Assembly: GCF_964204645.1 (NCBI RefSeq)
Contig: NC_134026.1
Coordinates: 331,850-395,849, forward strand
Source: Tubulanus polymorphus
Lineage: Eukaryota; Animalia; Nemertea
DNA length: 64,000 bases
Direction: 5' to 3'
The notes under the pieces: model-generated
Databases searched by the model: none
The model's input: only the letters and a program-made list of their open reading frames with translations
Told to the model about the DNA's origin: nothing
Made by a program: the position numbers and the translations under genes
Part shown: positions 1 to 12,120 of the stretch, piece after piece
Layout: each line of letters opens with the position of its first letter
How positions within the stretch are numbered: position 1 is the stretch's first letter

Positions 1-91
1 TGAAATCATGAAACCCTGCCCCGTGGGTCGTATTTGGTAGGAAATAACCAATTTGTATTGGTCTCCTTTATTTTCAGGATATACATTGAAC

Positions 92-1804
92 ATGGCTGAT
101 GAGTCGTCTTGTAGCACAGTGGATCAACAAACAGTGATTCAAATGATGGATAAATTAGAAAATAAATTAGAAATAGTTGAAGATGAGGAATCAGAATTAG
201 AATCCGAGGATTCATTGATGGACGATGATTTTCACGATGCTATCGATAATTTAGAAATCAAGTCTTCCGATGATCCGTGGCCTGAGGATAAATCTAATGA
301 AACCATTCCTCAGAATTCAGACAATTTAAAAACTCCTGAAAAGTGTTCCGCTGAGGAATCGAAAAATGTGGATAATTGTGATAAAGACAACTCGAATACG
401 GAATCGAATAAACAATCTTCGATTCCTACTGATACAGACAATCCTAGCGGTGCTGATGGTTGCGATGAGGCGGTGAAAGAAGCTTTACAAGATTCAGAGC
501 AAGATTCTGAAACCGAGGAAGATGAAGATGGATTAAAGGAGCTGAAACTTCTCGAAGAAACATTGTCTGAACAAGAAAAAGAGGTAGGCGTGGCCTAAAG
601 CCGAACTCCCATTTTTAATCCCAATTTGTATTTGCAATTCAATATCTGATTTTTTTTTTCAGGAAAGAAAAGAAAAGGCTCAAGAATTAAAAGCGCATGG
701 AAATGAATTGTTTAAAGACACTCAGATTAACGAGGCTAAAGAAGAATACACGAAAGCCTTGAAACTTTGCCCTCTGTGTTTTAAAAAGGAGAGATCAGTG
801 ATGTATTCTAATAGAGCAGCTTGTCATATGAGACTCGTAAGTTTGAACTTTCACATTTTACAGTTTTAGTCATAATGAATACATTGCAAAGGTCCTAAAT
901 TTTAAGGAGTCCCTCAGAATATCAGCTTAAATGGTAATAATGTACTGGCAATCTTTTACCCAGAAGCCCAGAGAATTTCTTAGCTTGTGCCAAAGTTACA
1001 TAATCTCCTGGGAAACATCCCGTAACATTCACACATTATACAGGCTCAACACAGGCCGTTTTTAAATCAACCACTCGATGCGGAGCTCCCGCGTCGTATT
1101 TTCCTGGATGCGACCTTGCTTTACATCACCTGTATTTCTACCTATAGGAAAATACCGATACTGCTATCAGCGATTGTTCTAAAGCAATTGAGCTAAATCC
1201 TCGTTACACTAAATGCGTCCTGCGTCGAGCGGAACTTTACGACAAAACCGACAAATTAGACGAAGCTCTGAAAGATTTCGAAAAAGTCATCGAATTAGAA
1301 CCGACTAATCAAACGGTTCGGATCGCTTGCATGGTAAGCATTCGTCATTACGTGAATCAATTTCTGATATTCTACTTTTAATTTCATGAATATTTTTACA
1401 GCAACTTCCAGAGAGGATCAAAGAACGAAATGAAAAAATGAAAGAGGAAATGTTAGGTAAGGTTTTGTAACTTTTCTTTGGTAAACTTTCGTCTTCTATT
1501 TGATCGTGAGGTCATTTGTAATGTACTTCTCATAATTAAGATTGTTTACATGGAGTTTGAAAGGCAACAGTATGCAACCCAGCCGCTGAATTTTAAATCT
1601 TCCAAGTTGAAATACGTTTTAAAACATGTTTGGATTCTTTAATCTCGTTATTGATGAATGAATACCATTTGTTTTAAAGGCAAACTGAAAGATCTCGGCA
1701 ATATGATATTGAAACCATTCGGTTTATCAACGAACAACTTCAACCTGCAACAAGATCCAAATTCTGGAGGATATTCTGTATCATTCAATAACAACGGAAA
1801 ATGA
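92..1804 (+). CDS. TTC1: Tetratricopeptide repeat protein 1 (5 coding exons: 92-583, 663-836, 1148-1333, 1402-1456, 1680-1804)
   Basis: GT-AG spliced, phase-consistent exons. Acidic N-terminus, three TPR motifs (KAHGNELFK...[34 protein letters not shown]...[15 protein letters not shown]) and the TTC1 C-terminus [38 protein letters not shown]...[14 protein letters not shown] near 1978. Confidence 0.95.
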
Positions 1805-2649
1805 CGCAATTCAAACTCATTCATTTCATGTGTTGGTGCATAAATATTTGACTAGTGGCGGAACGGAGGATTTTGTTTTTCTATCAGTGACTAGAAATAA
1901 CGCATTTTCGCCAGGAAATCTTGTGCAAAGTGATCATAGGTTCAGCAGATACAATGTATAGGTGTTATTTATTTCATAATAAATTATTTTATCATCGATC
2001 AATGATTAAATGTGTTGTTTATAGTTTGATGATGCAGTAATCTTTTCATGAGGTCAAACACACATTGAGCGGTCTTGGTAGCTCAGTGAGATATGGCGTG
2101 ATGCTGTTGCGTTCACTATCAGTGCTGGTCCGAGTCCTGCTGGCTGCTTACAGTGTGCGGGCAACACTTCAGAGGCTGTGGTCCCGTCATGAGGTTAAAT
2201 GAATAATCCAATAGGTTTAGTCTTGGGAAACCACGATCCAAGCAACATAAAAGCCACACAAAATGTATAGAATATAGGACCATCAAGTAAATATTTGGGC
2301 ATCCGAGAGACAAAGTACCAGCAAAACCAGTTCACGGACTCTGAATAGCAGACACATCTGAAACGGGAATTCTAACCACTAGACCATAGATCTGTGGTAA
2401 TCACTCGTGTGTGTAAGTTTGTCTCGTATGTGATTTTGTATGTGTTCAGTTTGCTTAAAATCGATTTTCAGAATGCATCTTAAACAGTTTGTCAAACAGA
2501 TTAAGTTAAACAGATAACTGGGGTAAACTGAGGACACATCAGTGTGGATAATAATTGAATTTGCGTGCATTCGAACCAAATGGAATTTTTTGTGGCGTTG
2601 ATCAGGTTCGAATCCCATCAGATAATTATTTCTTAAACTTGGCGGTAAT

Positions 2650-2750
2650 ATTGGTACTTTTCATTGGTCAGGATCAGTGACGTCACACTGTCAGTATAAA
2701 AACTCAGGTCAGCTGATCCCTCTTTCCAGTTCGGCCATTTCTCAGGTAAG
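2650..2750 (+). promoter_or_regulatory. Pol II core promoter and short non-coding first exon: two ATTGG (CCAAT) boxes, palindromic CRE, TATA box, Inr-like site, splice donor
   Basis: ATTGG at ~2650 and ~2663, GTGACGTCAC 2677-2686, TATAAAAA 2695-2702, CCAGTT ~2726-2731, CAG|GTAAG donor at 2745/2746. Order and spacing are canonical. Confidence 0.6.
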
Positions 2751-3489
2751 CAAACGTCATCCATTTTATTTAATTCTTTCGACCAAATTTATTTATCAAT
2801 CTTACTTGTAAATTTTATACATATAGACCTTAGGTTTCGCATACGGCTTTATGTAAGACAATTTCAAGAGTTCCGAAAGTTCGGATTATATTATATAGGT
2901 GTTTAATTATGACATTTCCATTTTGACGTTCCTTTTGCCATAAATTGTCCAAATGGTGTTTTTAACATTTAGAAACAAGTTGCAACATTTGATTTGCAAT
3001 TTCGCTCTCGTAATAATGAAGACGTTATTGTGATTTTATTGAGGAAATTTATTAATTTTATTTATGAAATTTTCGGAAGCAGTTTTACTGCTGTTCAGAT
3101 CTACGCGCTAAAGCGGCTAGTTGACATGCCTAGGTGTAATACACAGACAGCTCAGTCTATTCAACCATGACTCAAATCCATAGAAACCTTTCATTCGAAT
3201 CGTCGTTCAACTTAATTCTTGTGGCTTCTATATTTAATATCTAGAAAATAATAATGCCCAATAATTTAATTATTATTATTTGATATAAACTCGAGCTAGC
3301 TATTTCTTAGAATCAATAATTTTCGAATTTCTTGATTTTAATAACATTTGTTTTACATTGCAGTAACAGCAGCAGTTAATATAACCAGCGGCAGCAGCAA
3401 GACAACATCACCGATTGAACATTCCAACTACCAAACTACGAATACCACAACTACAACTATATATATATATTACAACTCAACAGGACACC

Positions 3490-6400
3490 ATGTCAACAAA
3501 CATTTTCTTGGGAGTTCTAAAATTAGTACGCGCCGAGGTCCTGACCCTGGACGCTAAATCCCTCGGCGCGTTTTTTGATTTGAGTAAGTACAAACTCTTC
3601 TTCATCAAATTCTCGGTTATTTTTGACAAGCATCTCAAATTATTTGATTTCCAACATCTAAAATATTTGATCTCTAATTCAAAGTTATTTCATCTCAAAT
3701 CTCCGCATTGTTGGATTTCCTAAATTTCAAAACTCTATTTCGGGAACATCAATTTATGTCTCACACTGATTTAATTTATTTTGAAAATATAATTTTATGT
3801 TTCTAGTCTCTTATTCTATTTCAAATTTCAAATGTTCGAGTATAAATTTTTCATTTTGACGAATGATGAAATTTTGTCACCACTCTTAAACTCGATTGAA
3901 TTTGTTAACATATCTAATGGTGAATAAATTTTGAATTGAATTGTGAGTAGAGGCTCTGGTGGATGTGAATAAACTTGAGGGAGTAACTTCATTTCCTCAT
4001 TTCCTGGTTTCTGGTTTCGGTTTCAAATATCATCGAAATTGTGATATATTCATCATGTTATTCATGTGAATGCTGTGTCCAGTCAATAGAGATAAGTTAC
4101 GACATAATTAGTTAAAACTGTCTAGGCCTTCAGACCAATGCACTTCATAGAAAATCCGGATTTATGTTTGATCGGTTCAGTCCATTTAGTCAGTAAGCAA
4201 ACTGGAGTTTAATCCATATTTTAATCAGTAACTAGCCCATAGTTTAGCCAATAACTGGACTGCAGTTTAGCTGATAGTTTAGTCAAAAACTGGACAGCTG
4301 TTTAATCCGTATCCAGATACCTGTCACATAATGGGACCAACTTTTTAGATACCGCTGAAAAGTAGCACTAGTACTTTACGGTACTTTCTTTTTTCTCTTT
4401 GACTCCAGGATCCGAAAACATGTGATTTTCTTTTTATTAATCATTCATCAATCGTCAGGAAATTCAGGATCACTATTTTTGATTTATTTTTCATTCTTCG
4501 TATCTGTAGGTAGTTGCTCACAACAGTTTGAGATCCCGAGATTATGGCGGGAAGGAGGTATATCTCACGACTGCTATCATGAGCTTATCTGTGAACTAGT
4601 CTCAAGCCACACCCACTCAATGTTTATACTAGATCTAAACTAGGATATTATGTTTGATGAGAATAGCTCGGCTCATAGTCGGAACCTTCATCGTCTAATT
4701 TGGTGGCGAATCCTAGATATTGCGGCCTTGCGGTGAATACAGTTTATACACGATTTATTTCTAACGGATTCATTATTACGGTCAATGGTTAGCGCCTCGT
4801 ACTGAGTCACTCTAGTTGTGACCTTCCGCAGGACGTGGTTCTTACTTTAGCTGAGCAGATCATCCCGTCTGTGCCTACATTTGTTGCCATAATAACGCCC
4901 AGCTGCCATAGAATTCTTCAATGATGTATCTGTGAGCTTTTACTAACACCCAAGATTCCTTGGCGGACGGGTAGTTTGCTAGTAAAATATAAGAGTGCTG
5001 CCACTTGACCTATTTATCTAACTTCATATGTCTATGGCGATGAGTAAACACAGCACTATCGCACATTGGTGTGGCAACTCTTGTGCTTAGTGTTTTTCAG
5101 CCTCTTACATCCTCAATTAAGGCAAACTAATTGACTAATCAGTGAATTAAATTATCTCGGGTTATTGGGCGAGCTTTTAGAATTACAGAGGCAAATTGGG
5201 ATTCTAAATTGCTGATGGTCTTTAGTAAAATGAAATGCTTTTGCTCCAGGTCTGATTTTTCCAATTTTGAGGCCTGCATTAACTGACACTTATTCATCGA
5301 TGAATCGTCTACAACATCATTGTTCAGTTTCAATCATCCTTATGTGCGGTCGTTTGATTGAAGTTTCGGATTGACTATTTCGTCATTTTCATTGTTCTTG
5401 TACGGAAGTAGATTGATTTCTGTCCTCAACAGTTGCAGACTGAAGTTCTCAGTAATTTCTTGTACAAGTTGAAGTTTTCTGCATCGATCATGCAGCAGGT
5501 GTCCATTGGCAGATGTCCGTTGGCAGGTGTCTGTTGGCAGGTGTCCATTGGCAGATGTCCGTTTGCAGTTTCTGCGTGAAATCATTAGACATCTCTTCAT
5601 TTACTTATAGGAGGTTTACATGTTTGTTATCAGTCAGCATCCCACATTTTTAATATCTCGGACCAGTTATCCGGTCCAAATCGATGAATTTCACCAACGG
5701 CACCCCCTAGAAAGAATTTATGCAATATTTTCAGCTGTTTTGAGGTAATTCCAATCAGAAACATTTGTTAACGCTTTTATCTTTTCCACTCTATTGTGTA
5801 CGAATGTTTTCAATATTTGTCGACCAATATTTGTCTATCCAGTGTTTTTAGTAAGAAATTAAGAAGCCAGGTCCCAAAACAGGAGGATCCCATAATGTCA
5901 CAGTCCCTGAAACGAAAGTCGGTTTGAAAAAACAGGTGGGTCCTTAAAAAACGACAGACGGGTCTGAGACCCGAGACCTGGCTGTTATTGAAAACACTGC
6001 TATTGTCCATCGCTATTTCGTTACTACGTTCGAAGGAATTTCTGATTTCGTCCATTCGCCCGTTTTGACTCTTCATCCCTTTCAATGTTCTCTGTCCATT
6101 GCTTAATCATAAGGGCTTTCATGGTGCAACGATCCTGCTAAGCTCCAAAGGATCAAATATCGATGATCATTTTGACAGAACGTTTCCTTTCGTTACTTTG
6201 TCCTCAATCGACATATCTTTTTTACATGGTGTGTGAATCATGATGTTACTTTCCATTTCTTTTTGATAGGTTCAGCATCCTTTTGATCGATAAATCAAGT
6301 AGCACTGTTCTTGTGGTGGTTCGGTGGTCGACAAATTCTGTCGATTCTTTTTTATAATCCTCATCGCTTGCGGATTCTAGACTAAAGTTGCTTCAATTCT

Positions 6401-9400
6401 CTCGATTATCACTAAAATTTTCTTGTACGTTTCTTTAGATTCCTCCAGCAACGATTCGAGAACTGTAACTTGTTTTTCGTCGATATCTTCTTTGAGGAGT
6501 GCTCCATTTTTCTCAACATTTTTTTAGATATCGATGATAAACATTGTTGTTGTTGTTTCTTCAGTTCTGCCCGAATGGCTTCACCTTCAGAGGGCTCACC
6601 CATCCATGAAAATAATACTACTGTTGATTGTGACAAGGAATGAAGTTTTGCAGAGAGCTGACGAAGTGACGATGTGCAATCCATTGATTCTTTACTAAAC
6701 TGAATTGCTGCTTTATTTCTTTATTAAAAACTACACAAATATCAGCTTATCATCTCATGGACGGTGTGCGATCGGACGGTGTGAGTGGAAGTTGCGATTA
6801 GCACAGATGTTGCCACTGGATCGGATAAGTGCCAGTAACACTCTAATCTCTGTACTGAAGGAATCATTAACAAAATCGCTATTTTTGATTTATACTTCCT
6901 CTTTTTGTCAGAACGTCAACATTCACTTTATCTTTTAACTTTCCTCTTTATATTCGTCTGATTTTAATTAGGTCGCACCAACTTTGTGTAGGAAAATCAA
7001 CATGAAATATACCATAAGTACTATATATACAGATCGATCTATCCAAAATTCTGAAATATTCAATCAAAATAAATATAGCGAAAATCTGAAAAAAATATAG
7101 CTACTTTTCAGCTGCATGAAAGCATACGGTCCCATACAGTGGTTTAGTCAGTATCCAGACCACAGTTTATTCATTACCCGGACCACTGTTTTATCAGTAA
7201 CTGTGTGATTCATTTGGTTCTGAGAACAGATTTTATCAAATTTACTCTAGCTGTTCTTCAGATAGGCCTACCCTTTGACTAAATGTTTTATTTTCAGAAT
7301 TCTTTTATTCTCTTAAAACCATAAAAAGTATTTCCTCTACCGTTATCCAGGCCTAACATTTATCTAGGTCTATCCTGTTTTACACCTTACAAGTTCAACG
7401 TGGACATTCCATATTGTTTTTCTGTAAACCGTTGCAGCTGTATTTATAGTGAATTATTCCACTGAATGATTCTATATTTGAAGGGTAAGTTGTGACTTAT
7501 TTGAAATACTTAATAAATTCATGTGAAATAGGCCTAAATTCTAAATATCGTTTATTGTTCGCTGTTTAATGATGTTTGATTTTTATAGATAAAAATCTTA
7601 TTATAATTTGTAGTGAATCGATTTAATTGTATGAAGTTGCAGCTGTGGACTGTGTCGTGTGAAATGGTTTTTACACCTGGTGGTTGTTTCTTAAATTAAA
7701 AGTTTTTTGATTGATGATGAAAATACAGAAAATAAAGAAGAAATTTGAATGAAATTTTTTGTGTCGTTTTTCTGTTTGTCATGAAATGAAAATGAATTAG
7801 ACTTACTTAGCAGAATCCATAGGGAAATGTGCAGAACTCGAAGGAAATATCACCATTTTGGAACTAAAATTTGAACTAAGGTTCGAATCCATGACGACGT
7901 GGTTTCCCAGAATGCTTCCCATATCCCGTAAATGTTGACTTCATTTCCGTTTATTCTCTGCCTGAACCGGTAAACTGTAATGGCTGTTCGCCTATATTAT
8001 AGAATACATGTATGTACTATCAACCTTCTATCTCTGTTAGCAAAAATACATAAAAACATGAGAACATCTTTATTTTTGCTGTTAGTGATTAGGCCTTATG
8101 TTCTATTAATGCACACGCATGACTTAAATTGGTCATAATTTCCATTACTCAAAGAGGACATCACAAATGAACTGAATTGTAGGAAATTGTTGCGGGATAA
8201 AGAAACATGAAATGTCCAGTCTATTGAAGGACTTGTGTCTAGTATATTATCTCTTTCAGTGCCCATGTGTAATAAGAGAAAAACCCTCAGAGTGCCCATC
8301 ATTGTTACCTAAAAAGTAGGAAAATCAATAGAAACTTTGGAGCTCCGTAGAGTGAAAACTGTAAGAGATAAAGCTTTATGGTAATTGAAAAGTTTGTAGG
8401 GTATGAATGACCCTTGGATAATTTTGGTGGTAATTTTTCTTACTGAAAGTGACGTCCTATGCAAATGAGCTAATTTGCATGAATTATAATCGGTGACCTA
8501 TTTATTTGATAACCCCCTAAATTTCATGTATCAAAATGAACAAATTGGGTATGTAGCCTCAGCTAAAAGCTGACAATGGAATATTCTATGTCTACGGTCA
8601 CAAATATATATTTTATGGGTAATTATAATTAGTAAATGAGCTAATAATTAAATCACGTGACCTCCGGATAAGTACCCGCTACTTTCAAACGCAAAAAACT
8701 CAAATATTTTGAATAGCAACACCACAAAAACGCAGCATAAAAACTTACTAACATTTAATCAAGCCATCTAGCGGCAGGTTTCTCCGCTGAATTCTATGCG
8801 ACTAAACTGCTATAAGAAATGTCGATAAAAGTCGACAGGGCACTGTACGACCTGAAATAATCTGTAGACGAAAGTCGACTGGGCACTGAAAAAGTTAGAG
8901 AATCAATTTGGGGATTCACTACATGGTCAGATTGTATACAATACAAAGAAATTGATCATTTTGACCGCTATTAGGTTCAAAAAATCTTTTCATCAATTGA
9001 TTTTTGCAATTCTTAAAAACCGGTAACTGCCTAATTAGGTATGAAAATAAAGGTGCCAAACTGTAGCGGATTAGGCAGAGTCTACTGCATAATGAATACC
9101 ACTTTAAAATGGCTGTGCATGGAATTTTGTTGATCTGAATAAATCAATCGTTGGTGTAAGATGAATTATACATTCTAGGTAAGTTATGCAATGAATATGT
9201 GGAGTACCGATAGGCCTATTGCTGACAATGAATGAATTACAGCCATTTGTGTTGATAGCTAAATATTGTTCTTCAAAATGAATGTATTATATTTGTAGTG
9301 AGTGTTGTTTCTGAAGGTGCAGTAGTGGGCAGTGTTGTGTGAAATGGTTTTTACTGGTTTTAGATTCAGCGAAGTGAAATTATTTATGTCGTTTTTCTGT

Positions 9401-11314
9401 TTTAATTCATGCTGTAAATAGTTTAAACAATAAAATATTAAAAAATCAGTCATAATTTTATCTTCATTTTTGACAAAATATAATATGTTATACACACTTG
9501 CCTCATGTTCAGGGGAAATAAAATGCAAATTCTCCCACTTATCGTGGATGGAGTGTGGCCCTGTATGCAATCAAAAAGTGTTCTACAAAATGATTGAATA
9601 GATTTCTGAAGTGTGGACAAATTTTTCACTCATCCAATTGAAAAGTAATTACTGAATAAAAGGGATTATCGATCAATTTTTTGTTTACAGCGTGACATCT
9701 GTTTTAAATTAGATCTTTTATCGTTGCAAAGTTTCCATTTCAATCGGTTGACAAATGAAAAGTTATCATGCGTGTTATTCCAAAGAGGTTCCCAGATTTT
9801 GAAAACAAGGGTCATGGGTAACAATTCCATTGATTATTCATTATAATGTACAGTTTTTGTCACCTGGAACCTGGTACGTCATCACCCCCCAGACAAATCA
9901 AGTGTATTTTTGATTCATGATTTGCTACCAAAATTGATTGTCGGTAATTGTAGGATGTAATTTATTACAATCAGTAGTTCCAGTTATGAATTAACAAAAG
10001 TGTTAGTCGCCAGCAACTAGCAAAGTACCCGTCCACATACAGCGTTGGTTCTGAAACATATAAGTATATAAGACATAAAAATACCATTATTAAAAATTGT
10101 GTTGAAAGATTCAATTATCAGCTGATGATATACTGTCGACTTATCGTTATTATGTAATGGATGATGCAAATTATGAGAGCGGTAAAAAGTGAAGTTACAA
10201 CAGCGTTAGTCGTACAACCATATCGTACAACCAGTGACATGATCACTTCTCACAAAATAAGCTTACGATTGCTTCCAAACATTCAAATGACCCTTCTTAC
10301 CCAACTTTGTTCGTTCTTCCATCACGTCACATTCACCTATTGGATAACTGCATCATTTTATAGGTTAATATCTAGAAATACGATAATTATATGCAAGCAT
10401 GTCATTTATGTGTAATATGCATGATCCTTAATGTTTTTTTTTTCATTCCAGATTTAGACATCATAGACTCTATCAACCACGACCAGTCTGAAGCAGCCCG
10501 CAGAGCACTTCAAGAATTTAAAGACATTTATACAAGGTGTGTATCTCTCTGCGGGCCTAAGGAACCAACTCCTCCAGAAATCATTCCACCTTTTGAGTTG
10601 GTTCCTTTGCAGGAGGTGGACCCTGCTTCTCCCGTAAATGTGGAGCAGGAGGTCGCCCCTGCAGTGGTGACCCCGACAGAGGCGCCACAGCTTCAGACGC
10701 CTTCACTGCGTCGGTCGCCCCGTCGAAAGACAAAAGAAATAAATTACTCAATAGGTTCGGGGCGTCCGAAACCAAAAAACAAAGGCAAGCGTGCAGCTCG
10801 TCCTCCCCCACCTCCGCAACCAAATTTTGAGGAGGCGAGCAGTGATGAGGAGGAATTCGCCACTCCTGGAGCAACACCACCAGGGCCCGCAACACCACCA
10901 ACTCGCGATACTCCACCACGACCACCACGACGACCACGACAACCACCTACTACTACTACTAATTCTACTACTACTACCACTACTAGCACTACTAAGAAAA
11001 GACGACCACGACCACCTACTTCAACTGCGACTAGTACTACTACAACAACTAGATCAAATAATACAAGAAATAGAAAAAGAAGACTTGAAGATGAAGAAAG
11101 TGATGATGATTACGAAAATAATAATACGCCCGCCCAGGCATCGACATCGGGCGCTCCAGCGGGGCCACCAGCTTCCCCCGCTGTCGAGCTCATCGCGCGC
11201 GGCCCTGGTTGGTCACGAAACATCGAATATAAAGATCCTATTAGAATGCTCCGCGATGTTGAAGGGGCCTTTAAAGGAAAATATCAATTAGTAAAACGTC
11301 GGCGAACACAATAG
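3490..11314 (+). CDS. Putative spliced orphan gene (~318 aa; coding exons 3490-3583 and 10452-11314), Pro/Thr/Arg-rich low-complexity, probably nuclear protein
   Basis: Acceptor TTGCAG at 3363, ATG-free leader, ACACCATG start at 3490 and phase-1 donor A|GTAAGT at 3583/3584. A phase-1 acceptor TTTCATTCCAG at 10451 opens an 863-nt GC-richer open exon ending KRRRTQ*. AATAAA near 11510. The exon joining is inference. Confidence 0.5.
4480..6720 (-). mobile_element. Heavily degenerate non-LTR retrotransposon (LINE) relic, ORF1- and endonuclease-like fragments
   Basis: Broken minus-strand frames with coiled-coil-like text (ELKKQQQQCLSSISKKM), RIDRICRP (resembles the LINE ORF1 IDRxHR motif) and NIEWVWLE...IAVV (resembles the APE endonuclease). 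Many stops and frameshifts. Confidence 0.3.
8251..8894. mobile_element. Non-autonomous DNA transposon, piggyBac-like termini
   Basis: Terminal inverted repeats CTCTTTCAGTGCCCA (8251) and TGGGCACTGAAAAAG (~8894), flanked by TTAT and TTAG (decayed TTAA). No ORF inside. Confidence 0.45.
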
Positions 11315-11799
11315 TATAATATCAGCCCCTTCACTCGCCATCACCCGGGCAACAACATCAGCCCAGCACGTCTGCAGATCGGCACTTCTTGAAACTCCGC
11401 TTTCCTTACTCCTTCGTCGATCTGCAGTTCGCGCAGTGTCAAATATCTGTCAACACTCCTTGAACCAGTGGGCGTGCAGTCCTCCCTTACTTTTATAAAA
11501 AAATATAAAAATAAAAAACCAGACCTTTATATAATCATTGCTTTTATGGAGTTTTTACGGTTTCTCCAAAAAAATTTAAAAAATAAAATAAAAAAAATTC
11601 ATTATCATTTCATCCCTTTATTTATTTTTTGGACAAAAAAAAATTTTTGTCCATCATCCCATTCATTAACTTTTTAAATCATTTTATTTTTTTTGACTGT
11701 ACGTCCCACTGTGTTCCACTCTATTTTCCCCATTTTTGCATTAACTCTTACCATACCTTATTAACTAAGGTTCATTGTGCTTCTCACAATGCTGAAGCA

Positions 11800-12120
11800 T
11801 CAACCATTCTTGCCGCTACTTTGCAGCAGTAACCATCTATACCACCTGATTGTGGCAGTAGCCTTCTTAGGAGTCATCAATTCTAATACCATGGTCGGCC
11901 TTTTCAAATGTCTTTCGGGATATAAACCATCCTTGCAACTACTTTGCAGCAGTAACCATCTATACCACCTGATTGTGGCAGTAGCCTTCTTAGGAGTCAT
12001 CAATTCTAATACCATGGTCGGCCTTTTCAAATGTCTTTCGGGATATAAACCATCCTTGCCACTACTTTGCAGCAGTAACCATCCATACCACCTGATTGTG
12101 GCAGTAGCCTTCTTAGGAGA
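11800..12120. repeat. 123-bp tandem repeat, ~2.6 near-identical copies
   Basis: CTACTTTGCAGCAGTAACCATCTATACCACCTGATTGTGGCAGTAGCC recurs at ~11816, 11939 and 12062. Confidence 0.9.

Noticed and set aside
2068-2620. tRNA-like boxes (TAGCTCAGTG at ~2079, GGTTCGAATCCC at ~2605)
   Set aside because: The boxes are too far apart and there is no cloverleaf. At most these are decayed SINE pieces, so no tRNA gene was called.
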